Shown one piece after another: positions 13,316-25,572 of a stretch of 64,000 bases of DNA. The stretch covers positions 19,654,001 through 19,718,000 of the forward strand of contig OZ024759.1 of NCBI GenBank assembly GCA_964016885.1, written 5' to 3'. Within the stretch, counting starts at the first letter, position 1; the number at the start of each line of letters is the position of its first letter. The position numbers and the translations under genes are program-made. The DNA is from Eledone cirrhosa. Taxonomy: Eukaryota. The notes under the pieces are model-generated. The model did no database searches, had not been told where the DNA came from, and saw only the letters and a list, made by a program, of their open reading frames with translations.

Positions 13316-14665
13316 TCAACGTAATCCAACTTATTTTACTAACGGGATAAAAAAAATATATTCAGGGCATAGTACCGCACTCCTCTCTTTATTATAATAT
13401 GATGAAGATGATGATGATAATGATGAAGATGATTTTCTTGTAAACAGGTCTCTCTGGAAATAGGGTTGGGGCGCTGAGGGTATTAATTACATGGCTGTGA
13501 GGAGGGGTGGGGGGTCCCAAAAGTTTGACAACCTTTGGTGTTAGTGAACGAGTGTGTATGTGTAAGTGTGAGAGATAGAAAGCTTGACAACGTCAGTTTA
13601 GTAGCAATGGTGGTCGTAGCAACAACGAAGTAGTGACACTTAAATACACTTGATTTTTTAAACTCTGATGAATCACTGGATTGTTTTGTTTTGTTATTGA
13701 AGTTAACGTGGTTTAACGATAAAAGCTGTGAATGGAGGTAAGTAGTACTGGAGATGGTGGTTGTTGTGGTGTTGGTTGTTGTAGTGACGATGGTGATGTG
13801 GTATTTGTTGTGGTTGTGGTAGTGATGGTGTGGTGGTTGTTGTTAGTGTCGTAGTGGTGGTGGTTGTAGTGACGATGGTGATGTGGTATTTGTTGTGGTT
13901 GTGGTAGTGATGGTGTGGTGGTTGTTGTTAGTGCTGGAGTGGTGGTGGTGGTGGTGGTTGTAGTGACGATGGTGATGTGGTATTTGTTGTGGTAGTGATG
14001 GTGTGGTGGTTGTTGTTAGTGTCGTAGTGGTGGTGGTAGTGGTTGTTGTTTTAGCAGTGGCTGTTGTGGTAGTGGTTGTTAGTGTGGTGTTGGTAATGGT
14101 TGCTAGTGTCATAGGTGATGGTTATGAGTGTGGCAGTAATGGTGGTGGTTATGACTGGTATGCTTGTTGTTAGTGCAATAGAATGGTATGGTTAATGTTA
14201 CAGAAGATTGTTGTGAGTAGGGGTGGTGCTGCTTGTTAGTGATGGTGGTTGTTAGTGTGGTAGTAATGGTTGTTAGTGGTGGTGGTGGTGGTGGTAGTTA
14301 GTGATGGCTGTTGTGGTAGCTACAGTGGTTTGATAGTTGTGATTATTGTGGAGGTTAATCTTATATCATAGAAGGTGGAGGTTAATGTTAGATGGAGCTT
14401 GTATGTTTGAGTGGGGTCTTCACGAACTCAAGTACCTACTTAAGTGTATACATGTCAATAGGTCCACATACACATAAACACACATGATGGGCTTCCGTCG
14501 TTAATCAACGACTAGTGCTGCTCTTATTGTGACAACGGAACAGCCTGCACATAAAATTAACCTGCAAATGTCTGAACGTTCCACAGATACGTGTACTCTT
14601 GGCGTAGCTCTCAGGGAGATTCAGCGTGACAGTGTGGGCCATGGTTTCCTCTTTAAATTATAGGC

Positions 14666-14699
<34 letters not shown>

Positions 14700-14754
14700 C
14701 AGGACCGACAACGAGTGTTGCAGTCTGGACAACGAAACTGTCTGCTCGTGAAAT

Positions 14755-15625
14755 TAACACTACACCACTACGCAGCACGACCACAACACTACACCACTAC
14801 GCAGCACCACCACTACCACAACACTACACCACTACGCAGCACCACCACAATACTACACCACTAGGCACCACCGCCACCAAATGTCCTCACAACAACACTA
14901 CACCACTACACACCACCACACGTCCTTACAACAACACTACACTATACACAACACCACTACACTACACACAACACCACTACACTAGACACAACACTACACT
15001 ATACACAACACCACTACACTACAGATAACACCACTATACTACACACTACACTGCAAACAACACCACTACACTACACACAACACTACACTATACACAACAC
15101 CACTACACTACACACAACACCACTACACTACACATAACACCACTACACTACACATAACACCACTACACTACACACAACACCACTACACTACACACAACAG
15201 CACTACACATAACACCACTACACTACACATAACACCACTACACTACACATAACACCACTACACTACAATGCAAACAACACCACTACACTACACTATACAC
15301 AACACTAAACTATACACAACACCACTACACTACACACAACACTACACTACACACAACACCACTACACTACACAGAACACTACACTACAAGCAACACCACT
15401 ACACTACAAACAACACCACTACACTATACATAACACCACTACACTACACATAACACCACTACACTAAACTATACACAACACCACTACACTACACACAACA
15501 CCACTACACTACACCACTACACTACACATAACACCACTACACTACACACAACACTATACACAACACCACTACACTACACTACACTACACACTACACACAA
15601 CACAACACAACACCACTACATATTA
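14755..15625. repeat. CACTA/ACAC-based degenerate minisatellite (~21-bp unit)
   Basis: ACAACACCACTACACTACAC repeated. Confidence 0.85.
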
Positions 15626-15959
15626 TCACTCCCACACCACCACAATGGATGGATGGATGGATGGAGGCACTCCATCAGTTATAACGACGGGTGTTCCAAC
15701 AGCCTGCTCATGAAATTAACGTGCAAGTGGCTGAGCATTCCACAGACACGTGTACCCTTTACACAGTTATCAGGAAGATTCAGTGTGACACAGAATGTAT
15801 CAAGGCTTGCCCTTCGAATTACAGGTACAACTCATTTTTGCCAGCTTAGTGGACTGGAGCAAGTGGCTGAACATTCCACAGACACGTGTACCCTTTACGC
15901 AGTTCTCAGGAAGATTCAGTGTGCAACGAGGTTGTGTTCTTTCACTTATATAAACTGAA

Positions 15960-16162
15960 AATTATTTCTACTTTTGGCACAAGGCCAGCAATTACGCTAG
16001 TGCATTACTGGTACTTTATTTTATCGACCCCGTAAGGATGAAAGGCAAAGTTAACCTCATACAGCCTTTTAAAAATAGCAATTAACCTCGGCGGGATTTG
16101 AACTCAGAACGTAAAGAGTCATAACTCTATGCTGCATAGCATGGTGTCTGACGCTCTACTGA
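15960..16162 (-). mobile_element. Meta-like tRNA SINE
   Basis: Reverse complement of the 10362 family. Confidence 0.75.
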
Positions 16163-16399
16163 ATAATAATAATGGTGTGTTTTTTCGCTCACTTATTACT
16201 GAGTCTCCTGTCGGTTGATTTGCCCATAAAATATACACAAGGCAAGGAATGTTGTGGTGGCGTTGTCGGCGGTGAGGTGTTAGTCGATTAAATCGATTAA
16301 CTGCACTTTATTTTATCGATTTCAGAAGTATGAAAGGCTAAGTTAACAAGGTAACCTCGGCAGGATTCGAACGTTCATGCTTGAATTTCGTGTCTTAAA

Positions 16400-16521
16400 G
16401 TTTGCGCATGCGTATTCAGTACGAAATCTCGTTCGAATTATGAAATGTGATTTAATCTCCATTCAAAATATAATTGTTGATAGGTTTGGCAGGGATTATT
16501 CTATCTTAATGAAAGGTAACG
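16400..16521 (+). promoter_or_regulatory. Candidate promoter (NRF1-like TGCGCATGCG) and non-coding first exon ending at donor AAG|GTAACG
   Basis: TGCGCATGCG at 16403-16412, locally CpG-retaining unique sequence, donor GT at 16516. Confidence 0.35.
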
Positions 16522-16761
16522 TTCGATTAAGTTATGTTGACTGATGTTTTATCAATATTTCGTTCATAATTCGTTTCACAAAATGTCCAATTGTTTCAAT
16601 TAGTGTTTATTTACGCTTTCGTTTTTTTTTTCACACTGTTTAATAATTTTCGTTATGTAAATGTTTAACGTAAAATAACTTAAATGGTTTTCACTGGTGA
16701 TAGCAATAATAATTAAAACAGAACTTCCTTGATATCATAACTTCGTTTACTTAAGTTAACA

Positions 16762-16809
<48 letters not shown>

Positions 16810-16839
16810 ATAAAAATATATATATATATGTAGTAATAA

Positions 16840-17275
16840 TAATAAATTTGAAGACTAAAATCCAAAGAGGGCTCGATAAGGATAAATATATATCAAATAT
16901 ATAAGAACCGTAGAGCAAATATTTATTAAAATAACAGATTAACGTTTAAGCAAAGAATCGCTGCTTTCACCCTTAACGGGATCTTCTGAAACTCAGTTTC
17001 TTTAATCTGTTTTGTCAGTGTTGAACAAACGAGCAACGATGGTTGCTGGACACTACGGCTTAATACGGGATGTTTGTTTACAAACACACCGAGCATTATA
17101 ATAAATGTTCGGTGAATCCATACGTACATATATATATGTGTGTGCATGTATGTATATATATATACATACTACTGTACGTCTGTATACATATATTATGTAC
17201 GTGTAAATACTTATATTTAAGTAACAGCCGTACTAAGAGTGGGAAGTGAAATTTCGTTTCAATTTTTTCCGTTTA
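16840..17275 (+). mobile_element. Diverged solo relative of the 466-bp array unit
   Basis: Shares TGTCAGTGTTGAACAAA, GTTTGTTTACAAAC, TACTGTACGTCTGTATACATAT and TACTAAGAGTG(G/A)GAA(G/A)TGAAATTTCGTTT in the same order; flanked by (TA)n. Confidence 0.75.
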
Positions 17276-17277
17276 AT

Positions 17278-17310
<33 letters not shown>

Positions 17311-17484
17311 TATATATAGTTACAACAAGAACGTAAGTTTCGTTGGGTTCTTGACCCCAACTCATTCTGGCCCAAACCCAACGAAACTTCAGTACCTGTT
17401 TATGTCACTGTTGTAACTATTTATACCAAACTCGTTCTATGGAATGAGTGCTCTTACCCTTGGATATTTTTTACCAAACCTTTT

Positions 17485-17527
<43 letters not shown>

Positions 17528-17561
17528 GGATTTAAATGGATACAGTTCAGTAAAAGGAATT

Positions 17562-17680
17562 TATTGACACGTGTTTCAATAACAGTTATATAACCTGAAA
17601 ACAGCTGCTATCTACAAAGTATTAATTATGCAGACACTCAATATTTCAATGTTATTTTCAACTATCATTTCATCAGAATA
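17562..17680 (-). ncRNA. Type I hammerhead ribozyme motif with long stem II
   Basis: Minus strand UAUU-CUGAUGA-AAUGAUAGUU...AACUGUUAUU-GAAA-CACGUG-UC-AAUA; palindromic stem III ACACGUGU; GUC site. Confidence 0.6.
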
Positions 17681-17851
17681 TATATATATAGGAAAATGTT
17701 AAACCCCGACGGCAGAGCCCAAGCCGTTTCGATGGCAGAGCTCAAGCCGTTTCGACGGCTATTTCTGACTATTTTCCTATTACCCACTCTACTACTCTAA
17801 GTATTGAGTACTCTGGTGAATAATGGTCTACCTGGTTTTTATTGCCTCCAT

Positions 17852-17882
<31 letters not shown>

Positions 17883-18092
17883 GTCGATCGACTTTCGTCA
17901 AATCGGACCGAGGAAACAATGTTTCCATTGGTCTTTCCAATTACTAATACTTTCTATTGGTCGCAACTCTAGGTAGAAGGAGCAACGTGAAATAAAGAGT
18001 CTTGCTCAAGGACATAATGCATCGCCCTTTATGGGAATCGAACTCACAACCTCACGATTGTGAATCCAATTCTCTAACCACTCAGCCACGCA

Positions 18093-18168
<76 letters not shown>

Positions 18169-18539
18169 ATTTCTGCCCGATGACTGAGTATTAGCAATTG
18201 GAAAGACCAGTGGAAACATTGCTTCCTTGGTCCGATCTGATGAGTTCTACTCCACCTGGTCAGCGAATTGGGCATTAGGGTTGGGATCTCGTCCATTAAC
18301 CCCCCCCCCCCCGAGTTCAAATCCCTCCGAGGTCAACTTTGCCTTTTATCCTTTCGAGGTCGATAAAAAAATAGTACCAGTTTAGTACTGGAGTCGATTC
18401 TATCTTCCTCTGGAAAAAATCTGCTGTACTCCGCCAGACTTTAAATGCCCAAGAAACGTTATATGTCAATACGGTGTCCCTACAACTCTATCTGGAGTTA
18501 CAGGACAATACCATATGTATGTGATGTATGTATGTATGT

Positions 18540-18940
18540 GATGACCCCTTAGCCTTTGTCAAGGCAGAATTCTAGGAGAAGGAAAACTCTGATATAACAC
18601 CTGCAACCCTGATGGTATCCAATGATGTTGACTTTTCTTCTTTTTGGTAAATATCATCTTGGTTAAGAGAGTGGGACTGGCTTTGTGCAGTGCCTTTGCT
18701 CACTATAAAAGCTTCACGGCACAGGCATTGCTTTATATCTGGAGATCTCTCTGCACTTGTCGTCACATGGTACCATGGGCCCAGCACTATGTGTCAATAA
18801 TTGTCACAAGTGTAGTGTTTGTACCAGAGTTTTCAAGTCGCTGGCTGGACTAAAAAGTCACACTCGTTCAGCGCATCGGTAGGGGTCCTCCTACATGGAT
18901 ATAAAGTAGTGGCCGTACTCGAAAACGAGTTGGCAGCCAC
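18540..18940 (+). repeat. ~400-bp dispersed repeat, near-identical to 21079-21479
   Basis: Nearly identical ORF-track peptides (MLGPWYHVTTSAERSPDIK...) at both sites. Confidence 0.85.
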
Positions 18941-18994
<54 letters not shown>

Positions 18995-19555
18995 CAGAAA
19001 TAACAACACAATCGGTACAGTATGTGGAAGGAATATATTAGGTTAACGCTTGAAATAGCAGGAAGAGGGTCTTAACGTTTCGGACGCTACTACTTCATCA
19101 GAAGAAAGAATGAGAAATAAAACACATTGAAGGGACGGGCGGGTTGGAATTTGAAAAAATGTCTTTAGATAAAAATAAGAGGTCCATTCATGTTCACATC
19201 TCTTGGAAATGCGTGTGTGTGTATAAAGCAGTATGTTATTTGAAGGTTACGACAATGCAAAATATATATATATCCATTATCTAAACGTCACTGAAGATGG
19301 ATAATGATCCTGAAATACTAGTAGTTGGTGTTTCCATGCGGTCACTGGGGCAGCTGTGACACGATCGCCGCCTAAAATTCCCAAACAGCAAATTGCCGTC
19401 AACTGTCAAGGGAGAGAATTACTAAACAGTTTAAGGGACATAAATAATAATTCGCCGGAGTTCCTTCCCTTGAAAATTTTAATGTGTAGTCAGAGATAAA
19501 GAGAGTCCCAAACGTTTGTGACATAAGTTCAAAATTTCAGATATGTATGTCTGTG

Positions 19556-19622
<67 letters not shown>

Positions 19623-19716
19623 TTAAAGGTTAAACAAGGTTCAATGAATAAATCAAAGAATTAGTTTTACAATAGATTGGAAGCACTCAACAGTTAAGGT
19701 TTTCAGGAGTTATTAT

Positions 19717-20061
19717 TATTAATTCAAAATATTAACAAAAATAGAACTTCTTGTGATCAAGTATATTTTATTATACATATTTCAGAGGTACTGAGCTAAC
19801 TTCAACAGTACGTCCTCATCAGATAAAATAAGATGATGCATGACATACCCTGACATAGTAGATGGTTAAGATCCAGTCATGGTAAGATCCAGTCATGTCT
19901 ACCATGACTGGATCTTAACCATCTACTATGTCAGGGTATGTCATGCATCATCTTATTTTATCTGATGAGGACGTACTGTTGAAGTTAGCTCAGTACCTCT
20001 GAAATATGTATAATAAAATATACTTGATCACAAGAAGTTCTATTTTTGTTAATATTTTGAA

Positions 20062-20067
<6 letters not shown>
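19717..20067. mobile_element. Perfect 168-bp inverted repeat carrying two divergent hammerhead motifs (Penelope-like inverted insertion)
   Basis: Arms 19717-19884 and 19900-20067 with a 15-nt spacer; motifs at 19764-19830 (-) and 19954-20020 (+). Confidence 0.75.
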
Positions 20068-20096
<29 letters not shown>

Positions 20097-20265
20097 CCGT
20101 ATTTCCCGGCATCGAAGACGCTACTTTTTTCCTAAAATAAGTCTCGAAAATCTACCATGCGTCCTGGAGGCCGAAGATTGTTTATTATTTTTTTTTCAAA
20201 GTTTTAGTTGTCAAAAATAGGGTACGTCCTCGAGGAGGAAGCGTCTTCGGCGCCGGGAAATACGG
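20097..20265. mobile_element. Tc1/mariner (pogo-like) MITE, third copy
   Basis: TIRs CCGTATTTCCCGGCATCGAAGACGC / GCGTCTTCGGCGCCGGGAAATACGG. Confidence 0.8.
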
Positions 20266-20395
20266 TATATCTGTCTCTATGTATATATTTATATGTGAGT
20301 GTGTATGTATGCATGTATGTATATATATATATATATATATATATAAGAGACGTAAGATAAGAAAATTATAAAATTAACTTACTTACTAAAATATC

Positions 20396-20477
20396 ACTTC
20401 CAACTAATTAGTTTCTGGAATGGAGTAGATACATCTTCCGAAGAAGGTGTAGAGAAACATCCCGTCATCAGGAAAGT
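20396..20477 (-). ncRNA. Type I hammerhead ribozyme motif
   Basis: Minus strand ACUUUC-CUGAUGA-C-GGGAUG...CUUC-UUCG-GAAG...CAUUCC-A-GAAA-CUAAUUAG-UU-GGAAGU; palindromic stem III; cUUCGg tetraloop. Confidence 0.65.
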
Positions 20478-20522
20478 CAATTCTCATATAAATATATATG
20501 TTACTAGATATAAATTCTTTAT

Positions 20523-20554
<32 letters not shown>

Positions 20555-20911
20555 CTAAAATATCGAGCCCTCTTCCAATTTTAGTCTTTATTATTATTAT
20601 TATTATTATTATTCCTTACGGGGTCGATAAAATAAAGTACCAGTAATGCACTGAGTAATTGCTGGCCTTGTGCCTAAAGTAGAAACAATTATTATTATTA
20701 TTATTAATATTATTATTATAATATATATATATGTGTATCTATATATATGTATGTGTATGTATGTATATATATGCATGTATATGATTGTATATATATATGT
20801 ATGTGTATATAAGTATGTGCATGTATGTATATATATGTATGTGCATGTATGTATATATATGTGTATGTATGTATGTACAACCATGTATGTATATATATGT
20901 GTATGTATGTA

Positions 20912-21480
20912 TGTACAACCTGTCTCATGGTCGGGTCGTTGGCGACTAAACTGGCAACCCCACCAAGGTTTCTTGGTGAGGAGGGTGACTTTGGACATCC
21001 TGCAGGACTAAAAACAAAACCTGTCGAAGGGCAAAGGAGCTCTTAAGAGTCAATGGCCATCCAAAATCACCGGGAGAGATGACCCCTTAGCCTTTGTCAA
21101 GGGAGAATTCTAGGAGAAGGAAAACTCTGATATAACACCTGCAACCCTGATGGTATCCAATGATGTTGACTTGTTCTTCTTTTTGGTAAATATCAACTTG
21201 GTTAAGAGAGTGGGACTGGCTTTGTGCAGTGCCTTTGCTCACTATAAAAGCTTCACGGCACAGACATTGCTTTATATCTGGAGATCTCTCTGCACTTGTC
21301 GTCACATGGTACCATGGGCCCAGCACTATGTGTCAATAATTGTCACAAGTGTAGTGTTTGTACCAGAGTTTTCAAGTCGCTGGCTGGACTAAAAAGTCAC
21401 ACTCGTTCAGCGCTTCGGTAGGGGTTCTCCTACATGGATATAAAGTAGTGGCCGTACTCGAAAACGAGTTGGCAGCCACC
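20912..21480 (+). mobile_element. Dispersed repeat with RTE-5'UTR-like head; second copy of the 18540 repeat
   Basis: Head GTACAACCTGTCTCATGGTCGGG...ACTAAACTGGCAAC also found at 26117; body duplicated at 18540. Confidence 0.55.
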
Positions 21481-21523
21481 ATGTATGTATGTATATGTAT
21501 GTGTATATATATGTATGTGTATG

Positions 21524-21573
<50 letters not shown>

Positions 21574-21859
21574 CTTTGTAGACCAAGGGGTTAAGGTGTG
21601 ACCCACTGAAAAAGATAATTTGAGCATCTCGGTAACTATCCCCAATGTACCAGTTGCTTTCCTTGGTCTTCATATGCTTAATTGTCTCACTTACTATACT
21701 GCTGCTGACATGTACGTCTAGGCCTTCTGTTAAGTCTGTAAATGTGTATATATGTATGTATGTATACATGTATATATATACATTATATATATATGTGTGT
21801 GTGTCTATATGCATGTATGTATGTATGTATATGTATGTATGTATATATATGTATGTATG

Positions 21860-21901
<42 letters not shown>

Positions 21902-22019
21902 TGCATGTATATATGTATAACCCATGCTAGCGTGGAAAACGGACGTTAAACGAAGATGATGATGTATGCATGTATATATGTATATATATATATATATGCC
22001 TGTATATATGTGTATTATC

Positions 22020-22402
22020 ATCAACATCACCGTTTTACGTCCATTTTTCCACGCTAGCATGGGTTAGACGAGTTGCCCTGTTGTGGGCAGTGTCCAGTCA
22101 GCTGACCGTGTCTTGCTCATACGGGAACTGATTCTGGCTTGATTTCTACAGCTGGATGCCCTTCCTAACACCAACCTCATTTACAGTGAGTGGTGGGTGC
22201 TTTTTTGCCGTGGCACATCCACGACCACTTTGCATTGGAATGATAGGGACCCCAGTCCCTACCATCTCATTTCTACAGCTGAGTAAACTGGAACAATGTG
22301 AAATAAAGTGTCTTGCTCAAGGAAACAACACATCACCCGGTCTGAGAATTGATCTCAGAACCTTTCGGTTGCAAGCCCAATGCTCTAACCACTAAGCCAT
22401 GT
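22020..22402 (-). mobile_element. CORE-like tRNA SINE with RTE-type tail
   Basis: Reverse complement of ATGGCTTAGTGGTTAGAGC head, CORE-like domain and GAT-type tail. Confidence 0.85.
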
Positions 22403-22403
22403 G

Positions 22404-22498
<95 letters not shown>

Positions 22499-22643
22499 CT
22501 ATATGTATGTATATATATATATATATATGTGTGTATATATATGTATATAAATATATGTACGTTTATCCCGTGTCCAATCGGGGGGGGGGGGGGGGGTAAC
22601 CACAGTAAGTAAGGTACTCAATACAAAGCAGAGTATAAATATC

Positions 22644-22763
22644 TAATATAGAAATGGCTTCTGCAGGACTAGAACTGTTTCATTCCGGAGAAATCATCAG
22701 GAAGGCCTGTTGATTTCTCCTGAATGAAACAGTTCTAGTCCTGTAGAAGCCATTTCTATATTA
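22644..22763. repeat. ~57-bp-arm inverted repeat containing hammerhead core remnants
   Basis: TAATATAGAAATGGCTTCTGCAGGACTAGAACTGTTTCATTC mirrored; minus strand CUGAUGA-UUUCUCCGGAAU-GAAAC. Confidence 0.7.
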
Positions 22764-23101
22764 AATATATAGATATATATGTATGTATATATGTATATAT
22801 ATGTGTGTATATATTTCTCTGTCTGTCTGTATTTTCCTTATGCATTCTCAAACGGCTCGACCAAAAGCTTAGAGATAAGTGTGAAGAATAAAGAGACAAA
22901 AGTTGGGTAAATTTTGTCTGTTTAGCATCAATCTTTTATAGTCGGCCTATGAACTTTTCAAGCCACCCTCATACACCTTTAGTGGGGGTTGTTATATGTT
23001 TTGGTGAGTTTGTTGCCTGGTTAATTTATTTGTAGTAGTAGTGGTGGTGGTGGTAGTAATAGTGAAGTGTGAAGTCAATCAGTAGGTAACTTGTTGGTCA
23101 A

Positions 23102-23287
23102 ATAATTGTTTCTACTTTAGGCACAAGGCCAGCAATTACCCAGTGCATTTCTGGTACTTTATTTTATCGACCCCGTAAGGATGAAAGGCAAAGTCAACCT
23201 CGGTGGGATTTGAACTCAGATTATAAAGGGACGTAACTATGCTGGAAAGCATGGCGTCCGACCCTCTACCGATACTGCCAGTCCACA
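23102..23287 (-). mobile_element. Meta-like tRNA SINE with target-site duplication
   Basis: Full copy; AACTTGTTGGTCAAATAAT repeated on both sides. Confidence 0.85.
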
Positions 23288-24299
23288 ACTTGTTGGTCAA
23301 ATAATGGCAATTGAATAAGTGAAGTTCGTCTCAGGGAGTCAAGAGAAGTTTTACCATGTTCAAGGAAACAGGAAGTTGTACTTGTATGTTGTGGTGTGAA
23401 GGGATATGACTATGGGAAGATGATTTTTCCCATATCACATGAATAAAAAAATAAAAGATAAAGATCCCATAACTCCTTGTTGGAGTTGTAGAGGCACCGT
23501 GATACAGCGTGTCTAAGGTATTTTTAAACCTGATGGAGCCCAACCCTCTCCAGGTCTGAACACAGCTGAGATTTTCTGTAGAGGAAGAATCGACTCCAGT
23601 ACTGGACTGGTACTTTTTTATTGATCTCAAAAGGATGGATAAGAATTAGCAATGACAGAAATGAACAAGACACTGCTAATTTTAATGCTTTTATTTGTAA
23701 CATGATTTACTTCAAAATTATGTACAGCAATGAAAAGATGTTAAAGTCTATCTTGAGCCTGGAGGCTCCTCAGGCTCGTACTTATCCTGGTTTCTATGGC
23801 ATGAAGTGACAGAGTGTACAAGACTCGGCTATGGATAGTGAACAATGGAAAAAGAAAATATGTATAGTATAGTTGTAATGTGTCATGTGTGCAAATGTAG
23901 TAATATTCACTAACCTGTGTTGGTAATCTTCTCAGCTAGTGCCAATTCCAGCATGGCTGTCTAGAAATTTTGTGACTATGTGGCTACATTGCAAGGCTCA
24001 ATGAACGAACTGTCTCTCTCAGAGTCAAAAAGCAGACTGATTTTACAATGGGAAATGTATCTGTTGTTCTTCCCCACACCCCAGTACAACTGGTGCTGTT
24101 AGTCCTTCCACCAGAGAATGTTATCTAAGTTACGAGGTCGTAGGCCAGTATTAACCCTTTAGCATTTGGCTGTATATGGCAGACTAAGAAAAACTATCGT
24201 AGGAAGTTGTGTCAAAATTTTGCTACACACCTACCTCCCTTCTGATGACCAAGTGTTGAAGCTGGTACATTAACCCTTTAGTATTCACATTACTCTATC

Positions 24300-25572
24300 G
24301 GTGGATTGGCAGTATCGGTAGAGAGTCAGCCATGCTTTCTAGCATAGTTACGTCCCTTTACGATCTGAGTTCAAATCCCGCCAAGGTTGACTTTGCCTTT
24401 CATCCTTACGGGGTCGATAAAATAAAGTACCAGTAATGCACTGGGTAATTGCTGGCCTTGTGCCTAAAATAGAAACAATTACTCTATATATACTATTATA
24501 TTTTCAAGGGTAAAGGCTTTACCTCGCATAATTATCTCACGCCGAGGTTGACTTTGCCTTTCATCCTTACGGGGTCGATAAAATAAAGCACCAGTAATGC
24601 ACTGGGTAATTGCTGGCCTTGTGCCTAAAGTAGAGACAATTATATTGAAACTATGAGATTTTGAAAGTATTTATTTTGAGAACAATACCTTAACATCAGT
24701 ATGAGTGACCAGTTACAGCCAGTTTCAACAGAAAAAGGTAGAGAATTCTGGCCGGTTTTGGCCGGTTTGAAAATTAAAGGGTTAATGCACCAGCTTTACT
24801 CTTTGATCTTAGCCAAAAGGCCAAGGTTAGCCTTACCTTTCAGCCCTACGAGGGCAATAAGATAAAGAACCAGTAATGTACTGGGGTTGATTTAATTGAC
24901 TTCCCTCTCCCCCAAAATTGTTGGCCTTGTGAAACCATTATTATTATTGGGTGGTGAATTGGCAGAATCGGTAGAGGGTCAGACATGCTTTCCAGCGTAA
25001 TTACGTCCCTTTACGATCTGAGTTCAAATCCCGCTGAGGTTAACTTTGCCTTTCATCCTTACGGGGTCGATAAAATAAAGTACCAGTAATGTACTGAGGT
25101 AATTGCTGGCCTTGTGCCAAAAGTAGAAACAATTATTATTATTATTGGGTGGTGGATTGGCAGAAATAGTAGTACGTCGGACATCATGCTTTGCAGCATG
25201 GGGTTATGTCCCTTTACGTTCTGGGTTCAAATCCCACCAAGGTTAACTTTGCCTTTCATCCTTACGGGGTCGATAAAATAAAGTACCAGTAATGTACTGA
25301 GGTAATTGCTGGCCTTGTACCAAAAGTAGAAAGAATTATTATTATTATTGGGTGGTGGATTGGCAGAAACAGTAGTACGTCGGACATCATGCTTTGCAGC
25401 ATGGGGTTATGGCCCTTTACGTTCTGGGTTCAAATCCCACCAAGGTTAACTTTGCCTTTCATCTTTACAGGGGTCAATAAAATAAAGCACCAGTAATGCA
25501 CTGGGGCGATTTAATCACCCCCCTTCCCCCAAAATAATTGCTGACCATGTGCCTATAGTAGAAATCATTATT
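24300..25572 (+). mobile_element. Cluster of about 6 Meta-like tRNA SINEs (tandem run 24825-25572), partly inside a TTAACCCTTTA...TAAAGGGTTAA element
   Basis: Repeated head GGTGGATTGGCAG, B-box and core; TIR-like ends at ~24270 and ~24785. Confidence 0.8.

Noticed and set aside
17335-17395. Hammerhead on the minus strand
   Set aside because: The core reads CAGAAUGA rather than CUGANGA and stem I is lost.
17700-17760. CCCAAGCC as a twister ribozyme loop
   Set aside because: The rest of the twister consensus and pseudoknot partners are absent; it is a short 25-bp tandem duplication.
19283-19333. CUGAAGA...GAAA motif as an active ribozyme
   Set aside because: Stems I and II are present but the essential U16.1 appears replaced by G; kept only as a degenerate example.
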